Source: Synechococcus sp. (lineage in GTDB: Bacteria > Cyanobacteriota > Cyanobacteriia > Thermostichales > PCC-7336). From it: 31,612 nt of DNA. Positions 28,276 through 31,612 of this stretch are shown one piece after another. Below the pieces are notes generated by a model. The model was not told where the DNA came from and did not search any database. It saw only the letters and a program-made list of their open reading frames with translations. The stretch spans positions 1-31,612 of the forward strand of contig JBFRWN010000089.1 in assembly GCA_051439605.1 (NCBI GenBank). The letters are read 5' to 3'. A program made the translations under genes and the position numbers. Each line of letters begins with the position of its first letter. Positions within the stretch are counted from its first letter, which is position 1.

Positions 28276-29655
28276 ATGACTCATTCTCAGCTTGAGATTG
28301 TGCTTCAGCATTATGAAGCAGTGTTAAGTGAACTTGAAGCTGCGACTAGAAGCAAGTTCAATGATACCTCTCTGCATCGGATTAAATATTGTAGTCGGCG
28401 AAATCTTCCCCTCTTTTTTAGAAAGATTTGGTTGCACTTAAAGAAGCGGAATTTAACTGCACCTATAATTCCCCCCGATCGGCTCCTTAACGTTCTGAAA
28501 GCACGGGATGCCGTTCGGTCGGCCCTGCAACAGAGCATTCCAAACAATAAAATAAAGTTAATTACTGTTGTCAATCTGGACAGACGTCTAAAGAAGCAGG
28601 CTAAGTGGGTTGTCAGGTCAGTACATCTAGATGATTGGCGAACGAGTTTTAATCCACCACCAGAAGCTTGGTGGTGGTTCCTCGAACAACAGTTTAGCTT
28701 GGGGTGGAGATTTCTTTCTCTAGGGTTTCTTGCCATCTCATCCAGCCTGATCGGAAATATTGCTCCCCGATTTCTAACTGGCGGTCCCGATTTTACTGGA
28801 ATTCTTGCAGTTATCTTCCAAAGTGTTTTTGCTCTGGTTGCCGGGGGGAGCATTTTCTCCAAAACAGCTGGGAAAAAACTTGCAAAGTTATTTCCTAGAC
28901 GGCTTCGGGAGGAATGGGGCACATTCTTGACATTATCGTTATTGACGTTCTTGTTACTCTTTCAACTTTCTTTGCCTCAAATAGCAGTTTGCTACCGCGA
29001 TCGCGGTTTGAATAACTACGAGGCTGGTCGCTTAGCGAGCGCTGAGTTTAATTACCAACGATCGCTCGCACTCAACCCTAATGATGGAAAAACTCATTTT
29101 TATCTAGGTTCGCTATACGAAGCACTGAATGATATTGATGCTGCACGCTCTGAATACCAAATTGCAATGGTGAGTGGATCTGTAGGTGCATTTAACAATA
29201 TGGCCCGCTTGCATATCCTTGATGAAAACTACGATTCCGCCGCCTATTTATTGAGACAGGTAGCATCATTGTTCGAATTTCAAGCAGTTCGAGACGAGAT
29301 TCTGCACTACAGCCTGCACAAGAACCTAGGATGGGTGCGATTGCGGCAGGGGCTACGTGCAGAGGAAGAAGCAGAGAGACGGATTTTCTTATCTGAAGCT
29401 AAGGCAAAACTTCAAACAGCTCTTGAGCTTGCGGAGGAATACCAATTACCGGCAGAAAATCAAGCACCCGCGCATTGTCTTCTAGCTCAGGTGATCGAAG
29501 CCAGAGTTGATGATTCCCAACAGGCGATAGCAGATTGGGAATACTGTCTCGATCATTCTTTAGCACTAACACCTGAGGAATATGACTGGAAAGTAGAAGC
29601 ACAGAGGCGGCTAATTCTTACCGAAATTCCTAATTTAGGAGGAGATGGATCGTGA
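28276..29655 (+). CDS. Membrane-anchored TPR protein with uncharacterised N-terminal domain
   Basis: N-terminal helical region ending DWRTSFNPPPEAWWWF, about three TM segments, then TPR-like repeats (YQRSLALNPND.KTHFYLGSLYE, AFNNMARL, HKNLGWVR). Confidence 0.8.
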   Translation: MTHSQLEIVLQHYEAVLSELEAATRSKFNDTSLHRIKYCSRRNLPLFFRKIWLHLKKRNLTAPIIPPDRLLNVLKARDAVRSALQQSIPNNKIKLITVVNLDRRLKKQAKWVVRSVHLDDWRTSFNPPPEAWWWFLEQQFSLGWRFLSLGFLAISSSLIGNIAPRFLTGGPDFTGILAVIFQSVFALVAGGSIFSKTAGKKLAKLFPRRLREEWGTFLTLSLLTFLLLFQLSLPQIAVCYRDRGLNNYEAGRLASAEFNYQRSLALNPNDGKTHFYLGSLYEALNDIDAARSEYQIAMVSGSVGAFNNMARLHILDENYDSAAYLLRQVASLFEFQAVRDEILHYSLHKNLGWVRLRQGLRAEEEAERRIFLSEAKAKLQTALELAEEYQLPAENQAPAHCLLAQVIEARVDDSQQAIADWEYCLDHSLALTPEEYDWKVEAQRRLILTEIPNLGGDGS

Positions 29656-30701
29656 ACAGCAAAACGTTATTTCGTTGGATAAACCACTTGTTTGCAGAAA
29701 AAAAAATATTTCCGCAAGTGAAGATACTATTTCCTTTGGTGACTGTTGCAGTTGTAGTCGGAGCCATGTCTTCTGTATCCGCTCAGTTGGTTATCGAGAG
29801 CAGTGGCGAACTATTGCTCAAACGGGGCAATTCTGAATATCGTCAATCCGGTGTTGGTGAAAGGCTCGTGCCAGGAGATCGCCTTTATCCTTTAGCGGGG
29901 GTAGTTGCTAAGATACTCTGCGATAACTCGTATATCTGGCGAGTCCCTGATGGCATTCCTTCCGCTCTAAACTCGGGTTGTCCTACTCTGATGACGAATT
30001 TAGTACGCGGAGAAACTAGTAATAGACCTGGAGGGAGCGATCCGAATATTCCTTACATCCTCTATCCCCGCATGACGTACGTGTTTCGCGAACGTCCAAC
30101 TTTTCGCTGGAATGGCGTACCGGGTGCTACTCGCTATACCGTTCGATTATTGGGGCCGGGAGGAGTAGAGTGGCAAAGTGAAGTTAGCTCTACAGAGGTA
30201 TCTTATCCTGACGATGCTCCCCCTTTGAATTGGGCAACAAAATATTTGGTGGCTGTAGAGGCAACCAACGGGTCGTCTTCGTTGGACGACAGTGGAGGTA
30301 CATTTGGGTTCGAGATGCTCGATGAATTCGACATCCAGTACGTGCAAGCAGAAGCCGAGAGAATTTTGGGATTGGAGGAATTGACGGAGGGCGAACGAGC
30401 TATCGCATTAGCTGAAATGTATCGCAGGGAAAGTCTGTTTGCAGAAGCGATCGCAACATTAGAAGCACAGATCGAGCAAGGAAATCAGTCTGCTCTGGTA
30501 TACAGTCTGTTAGCCGACCTCTACTCGGAAGTAGGGCTGAATTCGTTGGCGGAGGCTCGCCACTCTAGTGCAGTAGCTCTTCCCGATTACCACAGTTGGG
30601 TGGATCCGAACGGTGCTTTCCTGAAGATACTTCCAGAAGTCTCCGATCCCAGCGAAGTCGACAGCAGTTCATTCATTCAGATCCTGACGCCGAGAGACTA
30701 A
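29652..30701 (+). CDS. Secreted or membrane-anchored protein, DUF928-like beta domain with C-terminal TPR-like helices
   Basis: Hydrophobic N-terminal segment, RPGG...IPYILYPR, PTFRWNGV, Y.VRL and LAEMY...AEAIATLE; GTGA overlap with the upstream gene. Confidence 0.6.
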   Translation: MNSKTLFRWINHLFAEKKIFPQVKILFPLVTVAVVVGAMSSVSAQLVIESSGELLLKRGNSEYRQSGVGERLVPGDRLYPLAGVVAKILCDNSYIWRVPDGIPSALNSGCPTLMTNLVRGETSNRPGGSDPNIPYILYPRMTYVFRERPTFRWNGVPGATRYTVRLLGPGGVEWQSEVSSTEVSYPDDAPPLNWATKYLVAVEATNGSSSLDDSGGTFGFEMLDEFDIQYVQAEAERILGLEELTEGERAIALAEMYRRESLFAEAIATLEAQIEQGNQSALVYSLLADLYSEVGLNSLAEARHSSAVALPDYHSWVDPNGAFLKILPEVSDPSEVDSSSFIQILTPRD

Positions 30702-30715
30702 CAGCTGCATCCTTA

Positions 30716-31612
30716 CTACCAGGGATTGCCAACAACTGTGAAGCCACTCCAATAGTATGGATGGCTGAAATCGCGGTTCCCCAACTGGGCTATCTCTGGA
30801 GGAAGGGGAAAGCTGTTTCCGCTTGAGAGTAGCTGGCCGTCTACCTGTCTGACTTCCTGCTGAATCATGGCTAGTTGTGCCTGGCGCAAGGCTTCTGCTT
30901 TGATTGGGGCTTCTTTTAACTGTTCGTAGAAGTTGGTCATGAGTCCCAGCGTTCCTTCGTCGCTGACATACCACAGACTGGCCATGACTGATTTGACCCC
31001 TGCTTGCGTGGCCATACCAGCAAATCCCAACTCTGCTTCTGCAGATCCTAAGGCCGTGCGGCAAGCACTCAAAACCATGAGTTCGACGGGAGGATCGCTC
31101 AAGCTCAATTGCCGCAGTTGGTCGAGTTGCAGCCTGCCATCCCACAGCTGGATGTAGGAGTTGCGGAGATCGCCGGGCTGAAAGTTGGCATGGGTGGATA
31201 AATGTACGATGCCGTAAGACTGGGCAGAACGGGCTCCTCGCAAATTGTTGAGGGTAAAGTCTTCGTTGAGGAAGGATCGACCTGACCAAAGCTGATTAGA
31301 GATGGCGTCTAATGCTACCGGAACCGTTGGCAAAGGGGTTTGATCGGTAAATTCGTCAGCCCCCATAGCCAAGACTGATGTATTTCTGACATCTACGTAG
31401 CGGGTATCGGTTAGGGAGAGACTGGGCATCAAACCAACGCTGTATCGCTCGACGATGAATCCTTCTCCGTCGTGCAGGGCAGCTACGGGTAGGGAGCGCA
31501 GGCCTGAATCCATCAGGAAGACGAGGTTGCCGATCTCCCGATCTTGCAAATCCTCTTCCAATGAAGCAACAAGCCACTGATAGAGTTCCTGGGCGCTATC
31601 GAGGTAGGGGCG
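30716..31612 (-). CDS. CHAT (caspase HetF-associated) domain protein, 5'-truncated by the window edge
   Basis: Frame open to the window end (RPYLDSAQELYQWLV...); LRSLPVAALHDG, HLSTHA (His), LSACRTA (Cys), ASLWYVSDEGT and HPYYWSGF. Confidence 0.93.
   Translation of the reverse strand, partial: RPYLDSAQELYQWLVASLEEDLQDREIGNLVFLMDSGLRSLPVAALHDGEGFIVERYSVGLMPSLSLTDTRYVDVRNTSVLAMGADEFTDQTPLPTVPVALDAISNQLWSGRSFLNEDFTLNNLRGARSAQSYGIVHLSTHANFQPGDLRNSYIQLWDGRLQLDQLRQLSLSDPPVELMVLSACRTALGSAEAELGFAGMATQAGVKSVMASLWYVSDEGTLGLMTNFYEQLKEAPIKAEALRQAQLAMIQQEVRQVDGQLLSSGNSFPLPPEIAQLGNRDFSHPYYWSGFTVVGNPW

Overview
Cyanobacterial chromosomal DNA, judged from abundant HIP1 GCGATCGC sites and cyanobacterial-type NACHT, CHAT and CbiG-CobJ genes. 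The left end holds a TPR gene remnant, an HTH-NACHT (NLR-like) gene and two unannotated divergent small ORFs. The centre (about 3.2-24.3 kb) is a 21 kb stress or dormancy cluster. One half carries USP, a Prs-like enzyme, a stand-alone APH-like kinase, a candidate structured ncRNA, archease-rtcB-nicotinamidase-pncB and a GT2/phosphodiesterase pair. It converges on a proteostasis run: dnaJ(cbpA)-cbpM-M20 amidohydrolase-ybdK-dnaK-infA-htrA-hsp20-lon. The gene families overlap markedly with the mycobacterial DosR dormancy regulon. The right end has cbiG-cobJ, a Yip1-like gene, a 1.1 kb intergenic region and a TPR / DUF928-like / CHAT module. No integrase, transposase, tRNA or CRISPR array was seen. 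All family calls come from motifs recognised by eye, without database searches.
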